NCBI RefSeq assembly: GCF_009914755.1
Contig: NC_060931.1
Origin: the human T2T-CHM13v2.0 reference genome, Homo sapiens
Direction: 5' to 3' (one strand)
Length of the DNA: 64,000 nucleotides
This document shows positions 44,790-61,756 of this stretch, piece by piece (the first letter of the stretch is position 1; every line of letters starts with the position of its first letter). Position numbers and translations under genes: made by a program. Below the pieces are notes generated by a model. That model saw nothing but the letters and a program-made list of their open reading frames with translations, was not told where the DNA came from and did no database searches.

Positions 44790-47700
44790 TAAATAAAGTC
44801 AAATGTATTAAGCACGATACAAGAAGTCAAGGGAAATAGATTGCATAAAGAAAAAACATCAAAACTTTGGGAAACACTGGACACACTTATAGAAATGCAA
44901 AATACTCTCGAAAGTCTCAGCAATAGAACTGAACAAATAGAAAAAAGAAATTCAGAGCTTGATGACAAAGACTTCAAATTAACCCAGTCCAGCAAAGATA
45001 AATTTTTAAAAAATAAGAAAATATGAACAAAGCCTCCAAGAAGTCTGGGATTATGTTGAATGACCAAACCTAAGAATAATCGGTGTTCCTGAGAAAGTAG
45101 ACAAATCGAAAAGTTTGGAAAACAGATTTGGGGGAATAATCGAGGAAAACTTCCCTGGCCTTGCTAGAGACCTAGACATCCAAATACAAGAAGCACAAAG
45201 AACACCTGGGAAATTTATCACAAAAAGATCATCACCTAGGCACATTGTCCAATCAGGTTATCCAAAGTTAAGACGAAAGAAAGAATCTTAAGAGCTGTGA
45301 GACAAAAGTACCAGGTAACCTATAAAGGAAAACCTATCAGGTTAACAGCAGATTTCTCAGCAGAAACCACACAAGCTACAAGGGATTGGGGCCCTATCTT
45401 CAGCCTCCTCAAACAAAACAATTATCAGCCAAGAATTTTGTATCCAGTGAAACTAAGCATCATATATGAAGGAAAGATTCAGTCTTTTTCAGACAAACAG
45501 ATGCTGAGAGAATTCACAACTACCAAGCCACCACTACAAGAACTGCTAAAAGGAGCTCTAAATCTTGAAACAAATCCTGGAAACACATCAAAACAGAACC
45601 TTTTTAAAGCATAAATCACACGGGACCTATAAAACAAAAATACAATTTAAAAGGCAAAAATAAAAGGCAAAAAAAACAAGGTACACAGGCAACAAATAGC
45701 ATGATGAATGCAATGGTACCTCATATCTCAATAGTAACATTGAATGCAAATGGCCTAAATGCTCCACTTAAAAGATACAGAACTGCAAAATGGATAAGAA
45801 CTCACCAACCAACTATCTGCTGCCTTCAGGAGACTCACCTAACACATAAGGACTCACATAAAGTAAAGGGGTGGAAAAAGGCATTTCATGCAAAGAGACA
45901 CCAAAAGTGAGCAGGAATAGCTATTCTTATATCAGACAAAACAAACTTAAAGCAACTGCAGTTAAAAGAGACAAAGAAGGACATTATATAACAGTCAAAG
46001 GCCTAAACACATATGCACCTAACAGTGGAGCTCCCAAATTTATAAAACAATTACTAATAGACCTAAGAAATGAGACAGAGAGCAACACATTAATAGTGGG
46101 GGATTTCAATACTCCACTGACAGCACTAGACAGGTCATCAAGAGAGAAAGGCAACAAAGAAGCAATGGATTTAAACTATACCTTGGAAAAAACAGATATA
46201 TACAGAACATTTCGTCCAACAACCAAAGAATACACATTCTATTCAACAGCACATGGAACTTTCTCCAAGATAGACCAAACGACAGGCCACAAAATGAGCC
46301 TCAATAAATTTAAGAAAATTGAAATTATATCAAGCACTCTCTCAGACCACAGTGGGATAAAACTGGAAATCAACTCCAAAAGGAACCTTCGAAACCATGT
46401 GAATACATGCAAATTAAATAACCTGCTCCTGAATGATCATTGGGTCAAAAATGAAATCAAGACGGAAATTTAAAAGTTCTTCAAGCTGAACGACAATAAT
46501 GACACAACCTATCAAAACCTCTGGGATACAGCAAAGGCAGTGCTAAGAGGAAAGTTCATAGCCGTAAACGCCTACATCAAAAAGACTGAAAGAGCACAAA
46601 CTGATATCCTAAAGTCAAACCTCAAGGAACTAGAGAAACAAGAACAAACCAAACCCAAACCCAAACCCAGCAGAAGAAAGGCAATAACCAAGATCAGAAC
46701 AGAAATAAATGAAATTGAAACAAGAAAAAATGCAAAAGATAAATGAAACAAAGAGCTGGTTCTTTGAAAAGATAAATAAAATTGATAGACCATTAGCAAG
46801 ATTAACAAGAAGAGAGAAAATCCAAATAACCTCATTAAGAAACAAAACGGGAGACATTACAACCAACACCACTGAAATATAAAAGATCATTCAAGGCTAC
46901 TATGAACACCTTTACACACATAAACTAGAAAACCTAGAAGAGATGGATAAAATCCTGGAAAAATACAATCCTCCTAGCTTAAATCAGGAAGAATTAGATA
47001 CCCTGAACAGACCAATAACAAGCAGCGAGATTGAAATGGTAATTAAAAAATTACCAACGAAAAAAAAGTCCAGAACCAGATAGATTTACGCAGAATTCTG
47101 CCAGACATTCAAAGAAGAATTGATACCAATCCTTTTAATACTATTCCACGACATAGAGAAAGAGGGAAACCTCCCTAATCCATTCTAGGAAACCAGCATC
47201 ACCCTAATACCAAAACCAGGAAAGGACATAACCAGAAGAGAAAACTACAGACTGATATACCTGATGAACATAGACACTAAAATCCTTAACAAAATACTAG
47301 GTAACTGAATCCAACAACATATCAAAAAGATAATCCATCATGTGATCAAGTGGGTTTCATACCAGGGATGCAGGGATGGTTTAACATACACAAATCAATA
47401 AATGTGATACACCACATAAACAGAATTAAAAACAAAAATCACATGATCATCTCAACAGATGCAGAAAAAGCATTCAACAAATCCAGCATCCCTTTATGAT
47501 TAAAACTCTCAGCAAAATTGGCATACAAGGGACATACCTCAATGTAATAAAAGCCAACAGCCAACATAATACTGAATAGGGAAAAGTTGAAAACATTCCC
47601 TCTGAGAACTGGAACAAGACAAGGATGCCCATTATCACCACTCCTCTTCAACATAGTACTGGAAGTCCTAGCCAGATCAATCAGACAAGAGAAAGAAATA

Positions 47701-49835
47701 AAGGGCATCCAAATCAGTAAAGAGGAAGTCAAACTGTCACTGTTTGCTGATGTTATGATAGTTTACCTTGAAAACACTGAAGACCCCTCCAGAAAGCTCC
47801 TAGAACTGATAAAATAATTCGACAAAGCTTCTGGATACAAGATTAATGTACACAAATCAGTAGCTCTTCTATACGCAGTGACCAACAAGAGAATCAAATC
47901 AAGAACTCAACCCCTTTTACGATAGCTGCAAAAAAAAAAATAAAATACTTAGGAATACACCTAACCAAGGAGGCAAAAGACCTGGAGAAATTGGAACTCA
48001 TCCATTTTGGTGGAATTGTAAAATGGCCCAGATACTTTGCAATAAACACTTTGGCAGTTCTTCAAAATGTTAAGGAAAACTACAAAACACTGCTGAAAGA
48101 AATCATAAATACAAATAAACAAGACAAATAGAAACACATCCCATACTTACGGATGGGTAGAATCAACATTGTGAAAATGACCATATTGCCAAAAACAATC
48201 TACAAATTCAATGCAATCCTCATCAAAATACCACCATCATTCTTCACAGAATTCGAAAAGCCAATTCTAAAATTCATATGGAACAACAACAGAAAAAGCC
48301 CACAAAGCCAAAGTGAGACTAAGCAAAAAAAAAAACCAAATCTGGAGGCATCACACTACCTGATTTCAAACTATACTATAAGGCCACAGTCACCAAAACA
48401 GCGTGGTACTGGTATAAAAATAGGCACATAGACTGATGGAACAGAATAGAGAACCCAGAAACAAATCCAAATACTAACAGCCAATTGATCTTTGACAAAG
48501 CAAATAAAAACATAAAGTGGGGAAAGGACACCCTTTTCAACAAATGGTGCTGGGATAATTGGCTAGCCACATGCAGGAGAATGAAACTGGATCCTCATCT
48601 CTCACCTTATATAAAAATCAACTCAAGATTGATTAAGGACTTAACTCTAAAACCTGAAACTATAAAAATTCTAGAAGGTAACATTGGAAAAACCCTTCTA
48701 GACATTGGCTTAGGCAAGATTTAGTGACCAAGAACCCAAAAGCAAATGCAATAAAAACAAAGATTAATAGCTGGGACTTAATTAAACAAAAGAGCTTTTG
48801 CACGGCAAAAGGAACAGTCTGCAGAGTAAACAGACAACCCACAGAGTGGGAGAAAATCTTCACAATCTATACATCTGACAAAGGACTAATATCCAGAATC
48901 TACAACAAACAAATCAGTAAGTAAAAAACAAACAATCCCATCAAAAAGTGGGCTAAGGACATGAATAGACAATTCTCAAAAGAAGATATACAAATGGCCA
49001 ACAAATATATGAAAAAACGCTCAACATCACTAATGATTATGGAAATGCAAATTAAAACCACCATGCGATACCACCTCACTCCTGCAAGGATGGCCATAAT
49101 CAAAAAATCAAAAAACAGTAGATGTTAGCGTGGATGCAGTGATCAGGGAACACTTCTACACTGTTGGTGGGAATGTAAACTAGTATAGCCACTATGGAAA
49201 ACAGTGTGGTTTCCTAAAGAACTAAAAGTAGAACTACCATTTGATCAGCAATCCCACTACTGGGTATCTGTCCAGAGGAAAAGAAGTCATTATATGAAAA
49301 AGATACTTGCACACAGGTTTATAGCAGCACAACTCGCAACTGCAAAATCCGTGGAACCAAAACCAACCCAAATGCCCATCAACCAACGAGTGGATAAAGA
49401 AACTGTGGTATATATAAATATAAATATATATATATATTCCACATATATATATTCCAAATATATATATGAATATATATATATATGAATACTACTCAACCAT
49501 AAAACGGAATGAATTAACGGCATTTGCAGTGACCTGGATGAGATTGGAGACTATCAAGCGAAGTAACTCAGGAACGGAAAATCAGACATCATATGTTCTC
49601 ACTGATGTGTGGGAACTAAGCTATGAGGACGCAAAGGCATAAGAATGATACAGTGGACTTTGGGGGAAGATGGGAGGGTGGTAAGGGATAAAATACTACA
49701 AACAGGGTGTGTTGTGTACTGCTTGGGTGATGGGTGCACCAAAATCTCACAAATCACCACTAAAGAACTTACTCATGTAACCAAATACTAACTGTACCCC
49801 AATAACCTATGGGGAAAAAAATTTTTATAAAATAG
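44790..49835 (+). mobile_element. L1PB (L1PB1-like), about 5 kb, 5'-truncated within ORF1, decayed
   Basis: ORF track gives ORF1p (QVTYKGKPIRLTADFSAET) and ORF2p fragments ([47 protein letters not shown]). L1PB-type 3' end gggtgatgggtgcaccaaaatctcacaaatcaccactaaagaac. Confidence 0.92.
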
Positions 49836-49974
49836 AGACAGAAAAAAAAAAGTAGATTCACACACCCAAATTGTGAATACTTGGATGTTTTCCAATAACC
49901 AACTCGAGTATTAGTTTTTAAACCTATTTTTAACTTGACTAAAATGAAATGAAGATTCAGTTCCAAAAAAAAAA

Positions 49975-51620
<1,646 letters not shown>

Positions 51621-51759
51621 ATCTGTTAAATAAATAGTATACCCTTTACATAGCCTTAACAAATGTTAACATTTTACACAACCATTGTACAATGATCAAA
51701 ACCAGAACATTAACATTGATAAAATATTATTTCTATCAATTTCTATAGTTAGTATTTCT

Positions 51760-53079
<1,320 letters not shown>

Positions 53080-54465
53080 TAAGTTAAGTGTATTTGCTTC
53101 TGCTAGTTGCCAGAGTTCCTAGCACTGTGGGACCAGTTTGGGCCCTCCACATGTCCCAGCCCTGGTGCTGGGCTCTCAGGTCAGCAGTGTCACTTTACTT
53201 GGGCCCACAGCCCAGCTGCCAGCTGCCAGCCCAGCACTGAGGACACTGGTTCTCAGGGCCACCCTGCCTTATTGCTCTTGCTCCACAGAATTCCCTTCTC
53301 TGCCTTTTGTTTTTCTGGTGTTGTTTTTGTTTTCAGATCCACTTTCATTTTATTAAAGGCATTACAATTATGTTTGTTGTCATTTATCCTGAATTCAATT
53401 GTATTTTAGTTGTATTTTCCTTCACAGAGTCTACTTTACCAGTCTGCTGGATGTAGGAATTGAATCTACCCATTATCAAATATACTAGCATCTATCCCCT
53501 TTACTAGGAAGACAATTAACTTAAAAAAAGGTAAATTAATAAATTAGTAAATTTTGTGTTTCAGAGCAGTTTTAGGTTCATAGCAAAATTGAGTGTAAAG
53601 TACAGAGTTCCCATGCACCCCTTATGCCCTCTCCCATACAACCTCCTCCACTATCAATATCCCTCACCACAGCGATGTATTTGTTACACTAACAAAGCTA
53701 CACTGAAACATCATCAAATCACCTAAAGTCCACAGTTCACATTAGAACTCACTGTTGGTGTTATGCGGTCCATGGGTTTTGACAAATGCATAACATCTTG
53801 TATCCACCATTGAAGTATCACACAGAATAGTTTCATTGCCCTAAAAATCCTCTGTGCTCTGCCTATTGATCCCTCCCTCCCCCAACTCCTGGCAACCACT
53901 GATCTTTTCAGTCTCCATAGTTTTGCCTTTTAGAGAATGTCACATAGTTGGGATCATACAGTACGTAGCCTTTTCAGATTGGCTTCTTTCACTCAGAAAT
54001 ATGCATTTAAGTTTTCTACATGTCTTTTCATGGCTTGATAGCTCGTTTTTTTTAGCACTGAATAAAATTTCATTGTCTGGACTAGTTTATTCATTCACCT
54101 ACTGAAGAATATCTTGGTTGTTTCCAAGTTTTGGCAATTATGAATAAAGCTGTTATAAATAGCCCTGTGCAGATTTTTGTGTGGACACAAGCTTACAGTT
54201 CATTTGGGTAAATACCAAAGAGAATGACTGCTGAATGGTATGGTAAGAGTATATTAAATTTTGTAAGAAATTTTCAAACTGTCTTCCAAGGTGGCTGTAT
54301 CATTTTGCATTCCCACCAGAATGAGAGTTCCTATTGCTCCACATCCTTGTAAGCATTTAGTGTTGTCAGTATTTTGGATTTTGGCTATTCCAATAGGTCT
54401 GGAAGTGGTATCTCATGGCTTTAATTTGTAATACCCTAATGACATATGATGTTGAACATCTTTTC

Positions 54466-54779
54466 CTTTTCTTTTTTTTTTTTTTTTTTTTGAGACAGGG
54501 TCTCACTCTGTTGCCTAGGCTAGAGTACGGTGGCACAGTCATGACTTGCTGCAACCTTGAACTCTTGGGGTCGAGTGATCCTCCCACCTCAGCCTCTCAG
54601 GTAGCCATGACTACAGGTGCACACCACCACATCCAGCTAATAAATTAATTAATTATTTTTATTTTGTAGAGACAGGGTCTCTCTATGTTGTCCAAGCTGG
54701 TTTCAAACTCCTGGGTGATCCTCTCGCCTTGGCCTCCTGGAGTGCTGGGATTATAGACATGAGCCACTGGCAACCAGCC
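54466..54779 (-). mobile_element. AluJ inserted in the L1MC
   Basis: Perfect 11-bp TSD aacatcttttc at 54455-54465 and 54780-54790. Confidence 0.93.
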
Positions 54780-56877
54780 AACATCTTTTCATATGTTTAC
54801 TTACCATCTGTATATTTTCACTGGTGAGGTGCCCAGGTCTTTTTCCCATTTCTAAATTGGGTTGTTCATTTTCTTATTGTTGAGCTATAAGGGTTTTTAA
54901 AAATATATTTTGGTTAACAGTCCATTATCGGATGTGTCTTTTGCAAATATTTTCTCCCACTCTGTGGCTTATCTTCTCATTTACTTGACATTGTTTTTGG
55001 TAAAGTAGAAGTTATTAATTTTAATGATGTCCAGCTTCTCAATTATTTCTTTCACGGATTGTTCCTTTAGCATTGTATCTGAAACATCAACACCATACCC
55101 AAGGTCATTTAGATTTTCTCCTAAGTTAATGCCTACAAGTGTTATAGTTTTATGTTTTACCTTTAGGTCTATAATCCATTCAGAGAACATTTTTGTGAGG
55201 GGTGTAAGATCTGTGTCTATTTCATTATTTTGTTTTGTATGTGGATATATCCATTTGTTCCTGCACCATTTGTTGTAAAGACTATCTTTGCTACATTGTA
55301 TAACCTTTGCTCCTTTATCAAAGATCGGTTGACTATATTTATGTGGGTATATTTCTGGGCTCTCTATTCTAGTCCATCAACCTATTTGCCTATTCTTTTG
55401 CCAATGCCATACTTAATTATTACAATAAATAATATCTTAATTATTGTAGCTTTATGGTAAGTCTTGAAGTTGGGTAATGTCAATCTTCTGACTTTATTCC
55501 TCTTGTTCAATGTTGTGTTGGTTATTCTGTGTCTTTTGCCTCTCCTTAGAAACTTTAGAACAATTTATCCTTATCTACAAAATGTTACTGAGATTTTGAT
55601 TGGGATTGTATTGAATCTATGGATCAAGTTGGGAAGAACTGACATCTTGACAATATTGAGTCTTCATATCCATGTACACAAAATATTTCTCCAACTATTA
55701 GTTGTTCTTGATGTCTTTTATCAGAGTTTTGCAGTTTTCCTAATATAGATCTTATACATATTTTGTTGTATTTATATCTAAGTATTTCATTTTTGAAGGG
55801 TGCTACTGTAAATAGTCCTGTGTTTTAATTTCAAATTTCACTTGTTTATTGGGAGTACATAGGAAAGTGATTAACTTTTCTATATTAACCTTATATCCTG
55901 CAACCTTGTTATGATTAATCACTTATTAATTCCAAGAGGCTTTTTTGTTGATTCTTCTGGATTTTCTACATAAATAATTATGTCATCTTCATTTAATCAT
56001 TATCCAATGCTCTTCTTCTCTTTATATAGATGTGAGTTTCTGACCTATATCACTTATCTTCTCTTTGAAAACTTACTTTAACATTTCTTACAAAGCAGGT
56101 CTACTAGCAACAAATTCCCTCAATTTTTGTTTGTCTGAGAAAGTCTTTATTTCTCTTTCACTTTTGAGGAATACTTTTGCAAGGTGCAGAATTCTAAGTT
56201 GGTGGGTTTTATTCTCTCAACACTTTAAATATTTCACTCCATTCTCTTCTTGTTGGCATGATTTCTGAGGAGAACCTAGATGTAATTCTTACCTTTGCTT
56301 CTCTATAGGTAAGGTTTTTCTCCCCTTTGGCTTCTTTTGAGACTTTTTTTCTTTATCTTTGATTTTTTTGAAGCTTCCATATGACTTGCCTCCTTTTCTT
56401 GATTATTTTGTTTTGGCATTTATCTGACTCCATGTTTTCTGAGCTTCTGGAATCTGTGCTTTGATGTTTTACATTAATCTGGGAAAGTTTGCAATCATTA
56501 TTGCTTTAAATATTGCTTCCATTTCCTTCTCTTTCTTCTTGTTCTGGTATTCCCTTTATGTGTATGTTACATCTTTTGTAGTTGTCCCACAGTTAAGGCT
56601 ATTCAAAAAAAATTTTTTTAAGTCTTTGTTCTCTTTACTTTTCAGTTTTGGAAGCTTTTATTTATTACATCCTCATGCTACTCTTAGCTCAGCTGTGTCC
56701 AGTCTACTAGTGAGCCCACCAAAGACATTCTTTATCTCTGTTACAGTGTTTTTGATCTCTAACAGTTCCTTTTGATTCTTATAATCTCCATATCTCTATT
56801 TTCAATATCCATCTGTTCTTGCAGGTTGTCTACTTTTTCCATTAAAATCCTTAGCATATTAATCATAGATTTTTTGG

Positions 56878-57237
56878 CAAGTATTATCTTGATTCCTAAG
56901 CCAGGCAAAGATATCATAAGAAAAAAGAAAACTGCAAGGCTGTAACTCTGACATTCATGCAAAAATTATCGATAAAATATTAGCAATCCAAATTCAACAA
57001 TACACCAAAAAGATTCTACAGCATGATCAAGTGGGATTTACCCTTAGCATGCAAGACTGGTTTAACATAGGTACGTTAATCAAAGTGACACATCACAGAC
57101 TGAAAGACAAAACCACATGATCATCTCAATTGACACAAAAAGTATTCAACAAAATCCAACATCCTTTCTTGATAAAAACGCTCAACAGTCTGGGTATATA
57201 AGAAAAGTCCCTCAACATAATAAAGGTCATTTACAAA
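56878..57237 (+). mobile_element. Internal L1 ORF2 (RT region) fragment in opposite orientation to its surroundings
   Basis: gattcctaagccaggcaaaga...catgatcaagtgggattta...aaaaccacatgatcatctcaattga...ctcaacataataaagg. Confidence 0.82.
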
Positions 57238-57679
57238 TGACCTTTGGCTGAGTCCTCTCCCCACCCATGGTGTTTTAAACTCTCAGACTTGTCCCTATGG
57301 AGCCTCTAGTAATTTACCAATTACTGTTCAGGTTTCCCTTCCTCACCATTTGTTTCCATGGAGGGTTCTACTTACAGGTTTGCTCCTGTTAAGTTTTGAC
57401 TCCCTATATTCATCTCTCTCTCTAATTTTGGAGGGCAGCAATTTGCCCTGTGACCTCAGTTTCAACAAATCTAAAAAGAGTTCTTGATTATATTTCAGTT
57501 TGTTTGGCTTTTTACTGTTGTTACAATGGAGTGGAGACTTCTAAGCTTCTTACACACTGGAATGGAAACTGGAAGCCTGTCCATTCTTTTTTATTTTTGT
57601 GTTTTCCAGGGTTTCTTGTATAACTTTTGAATGTAGCAAGATCTTAAAGACTTTCACAAAATTTGTTGAACATTTTTGG

Positions 57680-57940
57680 TAATAGCTTATATATATATAA
57701 ATAAGCACCTTCTAACCATCAGCACTCTTCTAAGTGTGTTTACATATATAATCTCATTTAAACCTCACAGAAACTCACACATAAATACTGTTTTTATTCC
57801 TGTTTTATAGACAAGGAAGCCAAAGCGCAGAGAGTTTAAGTTTCCTCTCCCAAAGGAGCATAGCCAGTGACTGGTGTAACCAGAGCTCAAACTCAAGATA
57901 TGCAACTTAAGAACATGTTCATAACCACCATACTCTATTA
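57680..57940 (-). mobile_element. MIR
   Basis: cagcactcttctaagtgtgtttacatatataatctcatttaaacctcac...ttttatagacaaggaagc. Confidence 0.78.
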
Positions 57941-58648
57941 ACCAGCTAACTCCTAAAAGTCCTGATCATGTTTTGACTTCATTCAGTCATAAAGAATTCA
58001 AATAGCCCAACAGATTGTTTCTCTTTCTAGTTATTTTTGAAACTGCCAATATGATATTTCAATTTACCACCCAAACATCTGAAATTACTGAAAGGAAAAT
58101 GACTTTTGAGTATGCATCTCCTGTATATCACTGTAAGAAAAGGATTATGTTTTCACGTAGCTTACATAGAAACTAACGTAGTTTACAGAGAAGCTAATTT
58201 TTATACAGAAACTACATGAACACGTAATTCCAGAAACCCAGGAAGGTCTTCCTTCAACCATCAGAGATGCTCCACATTGGCTAAAATGAACCCAGTACTG
58301 GAAAAAGACCTCTAGTTCCTATGAATAGAAACAGGCATGCTATTTTCTATGACAAATTAGTACCGAGTCTTACATAAATATGACTTTAATGGTACTAACG
58401 TTTTAAGCCAACCTAGGTTGTTCTGATTCCCGTTCTGAACACTGAGGTTCAACATCATTAACAGACAAGCCAAAGATAATCACTATCCCAAGCGCTTTGC
58501 CAGCTGCGTGAGTGAACATGCTGTCTGTTTTAGCAGCAGCCACTTTTTGGTGGCATATTTTGTTCTGTTTCTTTATGGAAATATGGTTTATCTATACCAC
58601 TAAACTCTTTTCTTTTTCTGGCAACCGATTCAGAGTTGAAAAGTTTAT

Positions 58649-58975
<327 letters not shown>

Positions 58976-59161
58976 TTATTGGAATTCATAGTGGTAAGTT
59001 TAGGATACATGGGCAAGAGGGACAGAGAAGTTTAAATATCAAAATGCAGGATCACCTCTAATCAACATATTCTCCTTTATCAGTCAAAACATAAGGAGAG
59101 TTTATGTCATCAGGTAAGCTGTTTGTCCCACCTTACCCTCACATGGCTGAGAAAGGAATCA

Positions 59162-59482
<321 letters not shown>

Positions 59483-60163
59483 GTGTGTACAGTGAGAAAA
59501 TATATCTCCCAAGGGCACAAATAACACATATCAAACTTATCTGCTCTCCTCTCAAAAAAATTCACTCGTTCCATTCCTTAACATCACATTACAGAACATC
59601 ATCTTTAAGACATGAACGCTAACCTCTTTTTGGTTTAATAAATTTGTGGATAATAAGCACCTAATGGATTATGGACAGGTTTATAGATATATTTTTGATA
59701 CAGCACTAATCATTCATTCATTCCTGACATCTGCTCCAGGCTGGTGGTGGTATGGGTGTCAGACTGAGAGTCTGCACGTTAGAGTGTGCCATGTACACCT
59801 ATGGGGGTAAAGACAACGCGTTCTGAGAGCTCAGAGGAGAGGACAAACAGCAGTGCCTTCTGGAGGTCCTCTGAGAAGTCTTGAAGCAGCAAGCACTAAG
59901 GGCCACTACATGTCCCCAAGAAAACCAAACACAAGGATGGCTGAAATGCTGGCCTGACCTAGTTAGACTCTTTCTTTCCAAGAAAGTAAGTATTTCATCA
60001 AGTTTTGCAGGTTTATAATGGGTTTGTAGACTTGGCATATAATTGGTCTTAAACTATTTTCAACAATGGTTACGTGTCCAACACTGTACTAGAAGCAGGA
60101 CCCAGAAATGGGCCTCCTAGGTCTGGCATATTCTAAACCACAGTCTAGTTAGGGTGCATTGGC

Positions 60164-60401
60164 CAGGGACTGCCTGGATAGTATTGCAGATTGTGCACTG
60201 AACAATCCTAAGAGACACCATTCCTAATATACACATTGTAGAAATGAATATTCAGCATGCCAGCAAATGGCAGTAAAGAGTCTGGTTTTAACTAAGGCAG
60301 TATATCAGGACAATTTCTGAAAGATCGAAATAAAGTATCTTGAGGAGAGGATGCCTTTATTCTAATTCATACAAAAATCCTATGGGCTGCCGACTGCCCT
60401 G
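60164..60401 (+). mobile_element. MER91A-like hAT-Tip100 element
   Basis: caggg...ccctg termini; ttgtgcactgaacaa and atggcagtaaag motifs. Confidence 0.65.
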
Positions 60402-61082
60402 TTTTTTGTTCATTCAAAACAGGATATAGGGAGGAAGTGGATCACTCAGTGGTGGTCTCCCCAGTCATCAGTACAGGCATCCTTCGGAGTTGCCCTAGAG
60501 ATGATCCCTTGGGCAAAGGCTAACAGCACTGGAGGACCAGAGGAGGAGCTGAGAGCGTAGTACCAGAAAAGAAATAATACACAGGCTGACTTTCCCCATG
60601 TCATTTGCTCTTGGTGTCCTCCTTCCCAGTGGGAGTTCCAGGGCCCATGTCTTCTTTGCCTGAACCTCCAGGGCTCCTTTTCTGTGACCTCACTCTCCAC
60701 TGGCACCTCCACTGGCAGCAAAGGCAGAGCATTTCAACCAGACAGCACAATGGCTTGACTTGACCTACTTCCAAACAGGGACCCTTTCTCATTCATCATT
60801 TCAACCTCACACCCTAAGGAGAGACTCAAAACACTGTGATTGGGTAAAGTGAATGAATACAACCATTAGGCAAAATGCATTTTCAGAATAACCAGTTGAT
60901 TTCATTTATCCCTGACGTCATTGGGATTCATGTAACAAAGCAACACATAAGAGAAATCTGGCTCTTACACACGGCCAGTCATCTTTTTGGCTCTGCAACT
61001 CTTCCTTTCTCAAGAAAGGATGAGAAGTGGTATGTGCCAAAGGGAATTTCATTTTAAGGAATAATCAGAGGAAAGTGGTTAA

Positions 61083-61400
<318 letters not shown>

Positions 61401-61582
61401 TAAATTAAAAGGAACAATATAAAACTTTGAATTGGAATCAAACAAAGAAAGGGGCTGTTATTTATGCTAATGACACATCATAAAAGTTAAAAAAAAAAAA
61501 AAGGCAGGACTCAAATTACAAATCACTTCTGCTCTGGGTAATCTGAAAGTTCCTAAAATAGTAACTGAAGTAGCTCTCTTAC

Positions 61583-61756
61583 CTTATAATTATTCATGAT
61601 TTCAGTTAACCATGGCTTAACTGACTGTACTGTATCTTCTCGCAAGTACTTTTCAACTATAGTTCCATCATTAAAAGTCTGATTCCCCACGTGGATGGCT
61701 TGTCTCACCTCTGGGAGTGACAAAAATTTCACATAGTAAAGCTGATCCTCAGGTTC
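61583..61756 (-). CDS. CPVL: CPVL internal coding exon, 174 nt, phase 0/0, EPEDQLYYVKFLSLPEVRQAIHVGNQTFNDGTIVEKYLREDTVQSVKPWLTEIMNNYK (approx. aa 322-379)
   Basis: Lies within ORF 61553..61792. Acceptor ccccttctgccAG (61758-61757), donor AAG|GTaaga (61582-61581). Has the S10-family 'FL..PEVRQAIHVG' motif. Confidence 0.97.

Larger units (their letters stand above)
53540..57585 (-). mobile_element. L1MC/L1MD-type element (3' end, partial ORF2, ORF1 region, 5' region), internally deleted or rearranged
   Basis: 3' signature cagagcagttttaggttcatagcaaaattgag; antisense ORF2-like sequence to about 55990; antisense ORF1-like sequence at 56000-56870. Confidence 0.8.

Noticed and set aside
44841-48924. 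Endonuclease/reverse-transcriptase ORFs (up to 200 aa) as a novel RT-based system
   Set aside because: These are collinear fragments of LINE-1 ORF1p/ORF2p broken by stops and frameshifts, i.e. an ordinary dead L1PB.
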